Shown here: one piece after another, positions 25,198 to 34,919 of the stretch
How positions within the stretch are numbered: position 1 is the stretch's first letter
How the letters are laid out: every line of letters starts with the position of its first letter
Source: Novakomyces olei
Lineage: Eukaryota
Reading direction: 5' to 3'
Length of the DNA: 41,258 nucleotides
Assembly: GCA_016906335.1 (NCBI GenBank)
Contig: JADEYG010000009.1
Span: 1,612,001-1,653,258, forward strand
Notes under the pieces: model-generated
Told to the model about the DNA's origin: nothing
Database searches by the model: none
What the model saw: only the letters and a program-made list of their open reading frames with translations
Program-made: the position numbers and the translations under genes

Positions 25198-26157
25198 ATG
25201 ACAAACCATCCTAAGTTGCACGTTCCATCATCAGGCGTTTGGTGCCCGGCCATAACCTTCTTCAATCATGATACGGACTCATTGGATTTAGACTCACAAT
25301 CGCAATATTTTTCGTACCTGGCGAGATCAGGGCTCACTGGACTCGTTATACTTGGCACCAACGCGGAGGCTTTTCTGCTGACCCGTGAAGAGCGCAAGCA
25401 GCTTATTGCAACAGCCCGCGAATCAATTGGACCCGAATTTCCGATCATGGCCGGTGTCGGAGCCCACTCTACAAAACAGACGTTAGAACTTGCTCAGGAT
25501 GCTTATGAAGCGGGGGCTGACTACTTACTGGTTTTGCCTCCCGCTTACTTTGGCAAAGCCACCACCATAAGCGTGATAAAGAATTTTTTCGTTACTGTGG
25601 CAGCCAAAGCCCCGCTTCCAGTCGTCCTGTACAACTTTCCCGGTGTTTGCAATGGCGTCGATTTGGATTCAGATACAATTACGGCGATTACACGCGAAGC
25701 GCCTAATCATAATGTTGTGGGAGTTAAACTGACTTGCGGATCTGTCGGTAAGATCACCCGTTTGGCAGCAACATTTTCGCCTGAAGAGTTTGCCGTGTTT
25801 GGTGGTCAGTCTGATTTCCTTATTGGCGGTTTAGCGTCCGGCAGCGCAGGATGCATTGCCGCGTTTGCAAACGTTTTCCCAAAAACTATCTCTTGCATCT
25901 ATAGGCTGTACAGTGAGGGCAAATATGAGGAAGCTTTGAAATTGCATCAAAAGGCAGCCCTGGCTGAGAGTGCTATCAAGGGAGGAATTGCTGCTACAAA
26001 ATATGCTGTAGCCTACCATCTGGAATCTGCTGGAGTATTCAAGAGCATTACTTCAAAATTGGAGCCAAGGCAGCCATACGAGGCTCCTAGCGAGCCAGCT
26101 AAGCAAACTATCAGGGAAAAACTAGCTGAAGTTGCCAAGATTGAATCAAATCTGTAG
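25198..26157 (+). CDS. DHDPS/NAL-family class I aldolase, probable 4-hydroxy-2-oxoglutarate aldolase (HOGA1-like)
   Basis: GLVILGTNAE, LTREER, MAGVG, LVLPPAYF, LYNFPG, VVGVKLT (Schiff-base Lys). HOGA specificity is inferred from gene context; the same family includes L-threo-3-deoxyhexulosonate aldolase. Confidence 0.85.
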   Translation: MTNHPKLHVPSSGVWCPAITFFNHDTDSLDLDSQSQYFSYLARSGLTGLVILGTNAEAFLLTREERKQLIATARESIGPEFPIMAGVGAHSTKQTLELAQDAYEAGADYLLVLPPAYFGKATTISVIKNFFVTVAAKAPLPVVLYNFPGVCNGVDLDSDTITAITREAPNHNVVGVKLTCGSVGKITRLAATFSPEEFAVFGGQSDFLIGGLASGSAGCIAAFANVFPKTISCIYRLYSEGKYEEALKLHQKAALAESAIKGGIAATKYAVAYHLESAGVFKSITSKLEPRQPYEAPSEPAKQTIREKLAEVAKIESNL

Positions 26158-26834
26158 ACAAAGGTTTAAAGAGACGCCAGGTATATAAAGAAAAATTGTT
26201 AATTAGCACTGTATTTAAAATTTGGTCTGTGTTCCCGCTGATATTGAAAACTTTTTGGTGTAAATTGTTGTAAATTTGTTATGACCTTATTGGAGACCTA
26301 TCGTAACTTGACAATCTGAAGGGATATCTGCCAGGTCCACTATACTAGATGCTCGACACAACAGTTTTGAGAAGGTTGGATTTCAGCTGGTCGAATAAAT
26401 TGGATTAACCGAGCAACACTTTGTATAATTAGGATGAAACAAATAATTATACTTAGGGGAACTGTCTTCTACCGCCTTTTTTACAGGAGCAAGAGGAAAT
26501 CAAAATTGTAAGTAGAAAAAAGCACATCCTACCTTTTGTTGATTATTGCCGAAAAACATTAATTATCATTCGAGTTCATGCGTTCAAAGTGGATTCGCCC
26601 GCATCAGGTTTGACTTTTTCTTCATTACAAGAGTCGTTCTTAAAAAAATCTAAAAACCTGAAGGTACGATTTGAGGTACGAGAGCTGTAGTTTGATCTTG
26701 ATTGAGAGCACGCCAGAGTTCACCGAGTACTTCGTCTAAGTTTCGGACGATGAGTATAGTATGTGCAGTCAGCACTCAATCCGGCAAAATTAAGCGCTCG
26801 GAGAAACTCCATTTTTTCAAGCCAATCAAAGATT

Positions 26835-26896
26835 AAATCAATTATCAGATTAATTATCAGATTAACTATCAGATCAATCAGATTAATTATCAGATT
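26835..26896. repeat. Short tandem repeat of ~TTAATTATCAGA (4-5 imperfect copies) forming a GATA-site array upstream of the OPT gene
   Basis: attatcagat taattatcag attaactatc agatcaatca gattaattat cagatt. Confidence 0.75.
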
Positions 26897-27133
26897 GCGA
26901 CATCGGCAATATGGTCTGGTTTAGTCAGCGAAGTTATTATTTTTTTCCTGTGTTTATCTCATACCCACTCTGCTGTTGTAAGCACATTGTTCTGCGCACA
27001 TTCAAATGCCGATGGCCGCTTTGTGGACTGATGCAGTTCGCATGTCGAATATCCACCACGTTTCGCAGAAGGCATAAAAGCAAAAAGATACAGACACACA
27101 AGGCATTTGGTCTTTAAATTCTAATCCGACGCA

Positions 27134-29715
27134 ATGCTGACAGGATCTGACGTAGAAAAAAGTCAGAATACTCGACCTTTAGACGACGAAATGGCAACGG
27201 CGGTGCTCAAGGATGGAGAATTGGCTTCAGAGCATGAAGTTAGAGATGACAGGTCCAGCGCAGACTCTTCCTCTTTTATTTCCAGCAATGATCTGGACAA
27301 AATTACGCAAATAGACGGTTCCAATGTGCTCTGTGCCAGTAAGTGCTTAATAAAATGTTCCTCGTGTCTAAGCATGTAGCCCTGCGGATGTGGGTAATTG
27401 CTATATTCCTGGTGACTATCGGTGTTGCTGTCAATTCCATATTTATGTTTCGTTTCCCTTCCGTAACAATTTCGGCCATTGTTTTGCAGATCGCCGCTTT
27501 CCCGCTCGGACGGCTTTGGGAGATTATTATGCCAAACAACTCTATATCTTTGTATAGATGGAGTATACCAATAAACCCCGGGCCATTTCACGTGAATGAA
27601 CATTGCTGCATTTTTATTATGGGCAATTTAGCCTTACCGTAAGCACGAAATTGCTCAAAAAGAAAAAGACGAAAAAAGAGAATCTTTTTAGGATCAGAGA
27701 TGCAAGAAACTGTTAATGGAAACGAGAACAATCTCGAGGCAAACCCTTGATCCCCAATCAAAAGCAGCTTTCAAAGAGACTTACAATTCTAGCATTCGCC
27801 TGAGTTCAGAAATTTTGTTAGAAATAAAACACTATTGGAAGCAAGATTTCAATGGGGGTTTCCAATATCTTTTTACAATCTCTGTTATGCTATTTGGACT
27901 GGGTATGGCCGGGATGTCAAGGTCCATTCTTGTAGACAACCCGGACATGCTTTGGCCTTCTAATCTCGGCAACATTGCTTTGCAAAACGTATTGCATGGC
28001 CGCAATTCTCAATCAAAAGAACTTACAGGCTGGAGAATTTCCGTTTACTCCTTTTTTATCTGTGTTCTTTCCGGCGCTTTTGTTTGGCATTGGTTTCCGG
28101 ACTTTATTTTCCCGGCTTTAAGCACTTTGGGTGCCTTTATCAGCTGGTGCAAGCCGTCTTCAGCTACTCTTGCCCAAGTATTCGGAATGAGCACAGGCAT
28201 GGGATTGTTTCCACTAACTTTAGATTGGAGCCAGATCGCCAACTTGGGCTCACCTCTCACCACACCGTGGTGGGTGATTACAAATATGGCTTCGTCAATT
28301 GTGTTTTGGCTGTTTATTGTTACCCCGGCACTGTACTATTCTAATGTTTGGGATTCTGCTTATTTTCCTCTGCTGAGCAACAAACGTGAGTTTGTCTCCA
28401 ACCCCTTTGCATTTAACAACAGATTTTAAGCCTTGCCTACCGCCGTTTACGTATTTATTATTTGACTTTAAATTTTTATTTTTGCTTAGTCTTTGCCGTT
28501 ACTAATAGGCCAGTTTATGACAAGAACGGTAAAAGCTACAAGACCGACAGAATACTAAGCGGCATCACTTTCAATGAAGAAGGGTACAGCAGCTATTCCA
28601 GTATCTATCTGCCTATTACATACGCTCTTTCTTTTGGATTGGAGTTTGCCACGATTAGCAGCACTATAGTAGACGTCGGTCTAAACGAGTTGCCTAAATT
28701 CTTTAAACCTCACCGTGATAAAAGCGCAACAGAAAATGTGTACAATCAAATACAAGTAAAACACAATCCGACACCCTACTGGTGGCACGGATCTATCCTT
28801 ATAATTGGCTTTGCTCTTATGATGGCAGCATCTCAAGGCTGGGGTACACAAACGCCTTGGTACGCTGTGATCGTAAGCTGTCTTATTGCTCTCGTTACAT
28901 TTGTTCCTTTTGGCGTGTTGCGAGCTAAAACAAATCAAAAGGTTTCAATTATGGTCCTGATGCAAATTATTGCGGGTTACTGGTTTCATGGAAGACCACT
29001 ATCTGTAATTTTTATGATGGCTTTTGGGTTTTTGTCGGCTGATAAAGGTCTGGCATTTGCACAAGACATGAAGTTTGGGTATTACCTGGGAATCCCACCG
29101 AGAACTGTTTTCTTTGTACAGCTTGTTGGAATACTTTGGTCAGGTCTAGTGGAAGTTGGCGTCGTAAATTGGACGCTGGCAAATGTGGCGCACGTTTGCA
29201 CTAAAGACGCTTATAATAACTTCAATTGCCGGTTTGCCCAATCACATTACAATACGAATATAATCTGGGGCGTTATTGGACCTCAGAGAGTTTTCGGCGA
29301 GACTCATTATGGCAAACTATATTGGTTCTTTCTCATTGGTGCAATATTGCCAGTCATCAGGTTCGTTATACTGCGCTTTAGGCCTAAATCTTTCGTGCGG
29401 CTTGTCAGTATTCCTTTGTTCTTTAGTGGCGCCAGCAATATTCCAACCATAACTGGTGTTAATATTACGTCTTGGGCAATCGTTGGTTTTGTTTTCAACT
29501 ACGTCATCCGCAAAATAAACAGAGCCTGGTGGTTGATCTACAATTTTCCCTTGAGCGCTGCGCTGGATGCTGGTACCAGCATTGCAACGATCTTAATATT
29601 TCTTGTCATTAATTTGACTGGGGCGAGTAGTAGTTTTTCCTGGTGGGGGACAACTGTCGCAGGGAAAGGCTGCGACGCGGAGGGCTGCCCCCATTTAAAT
29701 ATTGCCAACAGCTAG
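27134..29715 (+). CDS. Oligopeptide transporter (OPT/Isp4 family); 4 exons (introns ~27339-27379, 27639-27792, 28386-28513)
   Basis: TLRMWVI, NPGPFHVNEH, MLWPSNL, WHWFPDFIF, TLDWSQI..GSPLTTPWW, QDMKFGYYLGIPPR, WGVIGP, LSAALDAG, SWWG. Confidence 0.95.
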
Positions 29716-30496
29716 CTGTAGACTGAATCCAGTCAACAAACTTCGTATGAATGAATAGATTAGAATTGAAACTAATTAAAAGGAAAACGGAAAACAGTAG
29801 CAGATAGCCAATGGAAAATTGAGTAAAGAAGGTAACAATAATCTAGAACTTTATCCCCATCGTCCATGTAGAACACTTTTATCTACAGTCACCTTTGAGG
29901 CTATAAGCTTGGCTTGTCCTCGCTTCAGGGTGTTGACCTCAGCAGTAAGATCTTCCCGCCTCTCCCTAATACTTCGCACCACAGTGTCCATTGGCAAGTC
30001 GCTTCCCGTAGACGATGCGTCCTCTTCAGACCCTTCCTCTACTTCAAACCCACGGGCCTTACACCATCAAACACTACGCATAATGCCAGCGCAGCAATTT
30101 AGGGTGAGGTAACTACTAACAATAATCTGAGTTGTATTTCTAATATAAAAAGTATCATTGGGCCCCTACAACAAGGAAGTCTACAATCGCCATGAAAAAT
30201 ACATTTAACATTTATTAAAGAATGCCAATTTGAAATTTTCAAGTAAAACAGATATTCGAAACCAAAATTTCCCTTTGAACTAATGCGCTAAATTAAATCA
30301 AGCAACGCTTATAGTAAAACGAAGTAATGTCCATGGCAGATATGCGGAATGCCTCTAAGTCCTACTTATCCGAGCCGACGAGGCAGTCATTATATATACT
30401 ACCGATCAACTACTTACTAAACTAAGTCAGTGTACAACCTAAACTTCGTTAGTTTAATTCTTCAAAAGTGACTATTCAATTACTTAAATAAATCTA

Positions 30497-30528
30497 TTAG
30501 GGTTATATATGGTTAGGGTTAGTTAGGT
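30497..30528 (+). repeat. Interstitial telomere-like tract
   Basis: ttagggtta..ggttagggttagttagg, in the same orientation as the terminal telomere. Confidence 0.5.
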
Positions 30529-30589
30529 ACCCGTATTACTTCTTAATTCTATTTTCAGACGCTGTTCAGCTCCGCCTTTCGTTTATCTT

Positions 30590-30865
30590 TGTCACGGGTT
30601 GCTTAAAAAGTGGCTGGGAGCACTTAAGTAAGCAACTTCGTAGTTTAGTTTAGTTAATTTAGTTTAGTTAGTTTAATTTAATTAGTTTAGTTAAGTTGTA
30701 TTGGAGGAAGGTGCTTAGAGTAGCGCTCGGAGCTCGGACTCAAGCACTTCTGCAATAAGTTAATAACTTTAGTAGTTTCGTAGAGTGGGGTGGGATCTTT
30801 GGCTAGTAACGAGCCGAGCCCAAGTATAAGAAGAAGTATTCTTCTACTGGATTCGGGGCGTTACA
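30590..30865. mobile_element. Putative degenerate solo-LTR-like relic (~276 bp)
   Basis: Begins TGTCACG and ends GGGGCGTTACA (TG..CA with a 6/7 terminal inverted repeat, typical of Ty3/gypsy LTRs). No target-site duplication (ATCTT vs AAAAC). Confidence 0.4.
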
Positions 30866-31243
30866 AAAACCAAGGTTCCGCCTAATATAAGTGTCTTGAG
30901 ATTAGTTCTAAAGATTGGGTCTCCCCAAAGTTCGATTACACGTAGCGAGAAAAGTAGAAGCAGGACCTCTATTTATATCCTCGCTATTTCGATAGGGGTT
31001 TCAGTGGGCAGAGATTACGGGAACTGCAGCTGAAAGCTAAGCCCGATATTGCGTAGTGTCAAAAGTCAGGGTTAAAGCCTTTTATACACTAAAGCTCCTA
31101 TGGAAACTAAGTAATAGCACAAGATAGTGCTATATAGCACTACCTAGTACTATTGCTATAAACTACTATATAAAACCATATAGTCCTTATCCTTGAGTAA
31201 TCCAGCTTTCGCTTTTTTAACATAGGGCCATGTCACACCTAAA

Positions 31244-32335
31244 TTATGACCCCCCTCCCAGGGTAGGCTCTATTTCTTTCAGGCCTTCTCTACTAATTTC
31301 ACCTAATCTATCTGCCCCTTTAATTCTGGCTCTTCTCCATTCCTGAGCCCCAATCGTGTGCTCCTCGTAGACATTTGCCAATGCCACGGAGTTGTCCGAA
31401 TCCGCCGACAGTGTCTCCAATTCCCACCTCACTAGGCGTTCCACAGTGTTTTCCTGCCCAACTGGTATCACGCTGTAACCAGTGAGCGCACTGTTTTCCA
31501 AGGAGATCACTGCATGGAGCCAACCGGGTCCCATGTAGCAGGCGAATCCCTTCTTCAGGTCACAAACATGTAGCCCCTGAAGCTCATGAATGCCCTGGTA
31601 CAAAAACATATCCCCCACCTTGTGGTGGTACTGCGCGAAGTAGTCAAGGTTCGCAGCCGACGGTGGCCAGGCGAATACCAATTTCCTTCCCAGCACGCAA
31701 ACCAGCACGTGACCCAAGAACACGTTGTCCACGTGTATGTCCGTGATCGTCCCAGCCGGAGAGACCACCGTGCTCCAGTCCGTTTTGAGGCGGTTTTTGT
31801 ATCTATTTGTAGCGGGTAAGGCCCTCGGGCTCAAGGTTAGTAAGCCCTGCGTCGAGGGCGGCACATTGTAAGCCGCGTACCACTCGATTTTTTCCGCGCC
31901 GTAAACGAAACCTGCCACAAACCGAGCCACCGAAATGTCCGTAGATTTTGCTCGGTCACGAACGTTAAAAAGTTGAAGGTCGTGCTGCAGAACGTCCTCC
32001 ATAACGGCCGGCCACGTTGGCTCCCGCTCAAAACAGTCTTTCCGGGATTCCGTAACGGTATGAAGCCATTTGTGCTTCGTAGCCGCCGCTGCCCAAAGTA
32101 TATTCCTACCCGTCCGGTGCGTCGGCATTTTTGACGTTCGAAGATCCCATTCCGACACCAGTTCTGTCATGATCCTCGCCTTGGCGAGTTCCTGACAACC
32201 GCGTTGGGAAGCGAGGGGCGACGCCTGTAGTCGGACTTGGGATGTCCGCGCGTCGCAAGCTTCGCCAACGCGGCCCAAGACCAGTCGGCGCGTAACGCGA
32301 TGGTCTTGGGACGTAGAAGTTGTCTTAGTGCGCAT
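31244..32335 (-). CDS. JmjC-domain Fe(II)/2-oxoglutarate oxygenase, intronless and GC-rich (start ATG 32335 or 32170)
   Basis: SPAGTITDIHVD (HxD), GRKLVFAWPP, YMGPGWLHAVISLENSALTG (distal His): canonical JmjC cupin motifs. Confidence 0.8.
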   Translation of the reverse strand: MRTKTTSTSQDHRVTRRLVLGRVGEACDARTSQVRLQASPLASQRGCQELAKARIMTELVSEWDLRTSKMPTHRTGRNILWAAAATKHKWLHTVTESRKDCFEREPTWPAVMEDVLQHDLQLFNVRDRAKSTDISVARFVAGFVYGAEKIEWYAAYNVPPSTQGLLTLSPRALPATNRYKNRLKTDWSTVVSPAGTITDIHVDNVFLGHVLVCVLGRKLVFAWPPSAANLDYFAQYHHKVGDMFLYQGIHELQGLHVCDLKKGFACYMGPGWLHAVISLENSALTGYSVIPVGQENTVERLVRWELETLSADSDNSVALANVYEEHTIGAQEWRRARIKGADRLGEISREGLKEIEPTLGGGS

Positions 32336-32847
32336 GTAGGTACGCGCACTAAGCCAGCTTGGCCCACGGGAGCGAGGGGCTCCATGCACAATGTGCACGG
32401 ACCTCGCTTCCCGTTCACATTCTCGCACGCTAGCGAGTGCGACCCTTCGCACTCTGCTAGCGCGAGAACATTCATAGTTATTTCCATAGACTAGTTTAGG
32501 CTGAGAGCTTCCCTCTCTAACTTGTGCGACCTTCGCATAAGTTAGCTTGGGAAGAGTAGTTTAGAATGCGAAGGAGCATCCGCTCCTCCGCAACTTAGTT
32601 TAGTTTATAGTTGCCCGTGAAGGCCTCTCGCCCTTCACGGGTTGATTATCTCAAAGTGGGAGTAATATATTATATTACTCCTGGTAAGCTTTACAGTAAT
32701 CGCTAGATATATTCAAGACGGAATTATGGCGAAATTCCATTTTTATGTAATGTGATTCTTATTATGTATAATTCTAGTCAGGGTTTTCGCTTTTCCTTTA
32801 CGCCATAATTCCATTTCGAAAAATAATTAATGTATGAGGGGGGGGTC

Positions 32848-33001
32848 ATGCCAATTTCCTTAGCATTCCCGCGAATTATGGCGTAATTCTAATAAGAATG
32901 GTAGGAGAAACGTGGAGGCAGGGTTTTTTAGGGAGAATTTTCCGACTAAATTCCAAATTATAATATGGGAAATTGCGCGGGAATGCTAAGGAAATTGGCA
33001 T
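32848..33001. repeat. Perfect 26 bp inverted repeat with a 102 bp spacer
   Basis: ATGCCAATTTCCTTAGCATTCCCGCG (32848-32873) and its reverse complement at 32976-33001. Confidence 0.9.
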
Positions 33002-33074
33002 AAACGGGGGTAAGAACGACGTAAGAGCAAAAATAGTTTCCGCCTTAATTCTAATACATTGGCAAACCATATTG

Positions 33075-34545
33075 CGGCGAGGGTAGGGTTGCTGAATTTA
33101 TAAAATATAATTATTATACAAGATGGTCTACACATATTATAGCTATCTGATAATATAATAAAATATTATAGAGAGAGCCCCATAGTAATAAAGTATAATA
33201 AGAAAAACGTCAGAAAAATAAGAAAAATTAAGAGTGTGTAGTCCATGTGTAGAGGTGACAAAACGTCGAATGAACAAGTGTTTTTACAAAAAGTGTATGG
33301 TTGGATAGAGGGGTGCAGTAGGAGTGTAAATATATACTTGTTTACAAGATTGGATTAGTAATTATGGAGATATATGGGTTTAAAGATTTATAAAAAGCTC
33401 ATGACGGCGCAGGATGCATTTTATGTGGCATTATAATAATGTATAGTAGAATAATTTATTGTAAAGCAATGTATGTATAATAATGTATAGTATAATAATG
33501 TATGGTAATTTAATGTATAGGAATAATGTATGTATAATAATGTATGGTATAATAATGTATGGTATAATAATATATGGTAGAATAATGTATTGTAAAGTTA
33601 TTGTAAAGTAATGTATGTATAATAATGTATGGTAGAATAATGTATTGTAAAGTTATTGTAAAGTAATGTATGTATAATAATGTATGGAGGAATAATGTAT
33701 GGAGGAATAATGTATGTATAATAATGTGTGGTATAATAATATATGGTAAAATAATGTATTGTAAAGTGAATAATGTATGTATAATAATGTATGGTATAAT
33801 AATGTATTGTAAAGTAAAGTATGTATAATAATGTATGGTAAATAATATATGGTAGAATAATGTATTGTAAAGTTATTGTAAAGTAATGTATGTATAATAA
33901 TATATGGTAGAATCATATGGTATAATAATATATGGCATTATAATGTATGGTATAATAATATATGGTGGAATAATGTATGGAGGAATAATGTATGTATAAT
34001 AATGTATGGTATAATAATATATGGGGGATTAATGTATGGGAATAATGTATGGGGAATTAATGTATGGGGGATTAATGTATGGAGAATAATGTGTATGGGG
34101 AATAATGTATGGGGGAATAATGTACGGTGATATTTATTTAGGGTTAGGGTTATTTATGATCGAATGGAGTAGAGAATTATATTGAGATTGTTGGATATGA
34201 AAGGGAGGGAGAGAGTTGGAGTTGAGATAGGAAGTAAAGGGAAATAGAAAATGGGAATAGAGTAATGTAGAAGTTGCCAAAAAAATGTTTGATAAAGGAC
34301 AGTTATTGAAAGGAAGATTGTTTTAATATTATTTAGTATTTTATAATATTTGGTTAAAGTTTAGAAAGGATCAAATAAAAATGATGATGTAAAAGTTTTA
34401 AAAGGGCGGAAAATGTGAATAATAATAGATTGAAGGGGTGTGAGGGGATGTGGAAAAGTGATGGGAGATGAAGAAAGAAAGATTTTGGAAGAGTTGAGGG
34501 AAGCAGATGGAAGTTGATGGAGTTAGGAGGTAGGGCTATGGTTAA
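33075..34545 (+). repeat. Subtelomeric direct repeat, copy A (unique head + minisatellite + purine-rich tail with TTAGGG tracts)
   Basis: Starts CGGCGAGGGTAGGGTT..GAATTTATAAA, as at 39441, and aligns by eye with 39441-41172. Confidence 0.9.
33431..34126 (+). repeat. Minisatellite built on ATAATGTATGG / ATAATGTATTGTAAAGT variants (units ~11-18 bp)
   Basis: Dozens of AATAATGTATGG(T/A/G) units; + strand almost free of C. Confidence 0.95.
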
Positions 34546-34919
34546 AGTGAGAAGAATTAGGGTTATTTAGTTCTAAGTGTATGAATGTTAGGGTTAGTAA
34601 TTTATTATAAGAGAATGATAGCATGTTGGGGGAAGAAGTTTATAAAATAGAGAATGGTAATGGGGGTTAGGGTTATGGAGGAATAATGTTTGGTAAAATG
34701 ATGTATGGGGATTAATGTATGGGGGAATAATGTATGTAGGAATATATATGGTATAAATATAAGTATTTATTAAGCATGGAGACTAATATAAATATATTCA
34801 AAAAATATATATTCAAGACGAAGCTATTGCGAAATTTCATTTATGTGTAATGTAATTCTTAGTCTTTAGCTTATTAATTATGTATCTTAGCGGTAGTAAA
34901 TTCACTTTGCCAAACAGTC

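Noticed and set aside
25198-26157. Aldolase as true dihydrodipicolinate synthase (lysine synthesis)
   Set aside because: Fungi use the aminoadipate pathway, the motif is GTNAE rather than GTTGE, and the neighbours point to a catabolic aldolase.
29851-30066. ~70-codon minus-strand coding-like fragment (WCKARGFEVEEG..VNTLKRGQAKL)
   Set aside because: Bounded by stops with no recognisable family; possibly a decayed gene or transposon piece but unsupported.
32614-32660. Helitron 3' terminus at the hairpin
   Set aside because: No convincing CTRR-T end at the expected distance on either strand, and no Rep/Hel ORF; kept only as a generic hairpin finding.
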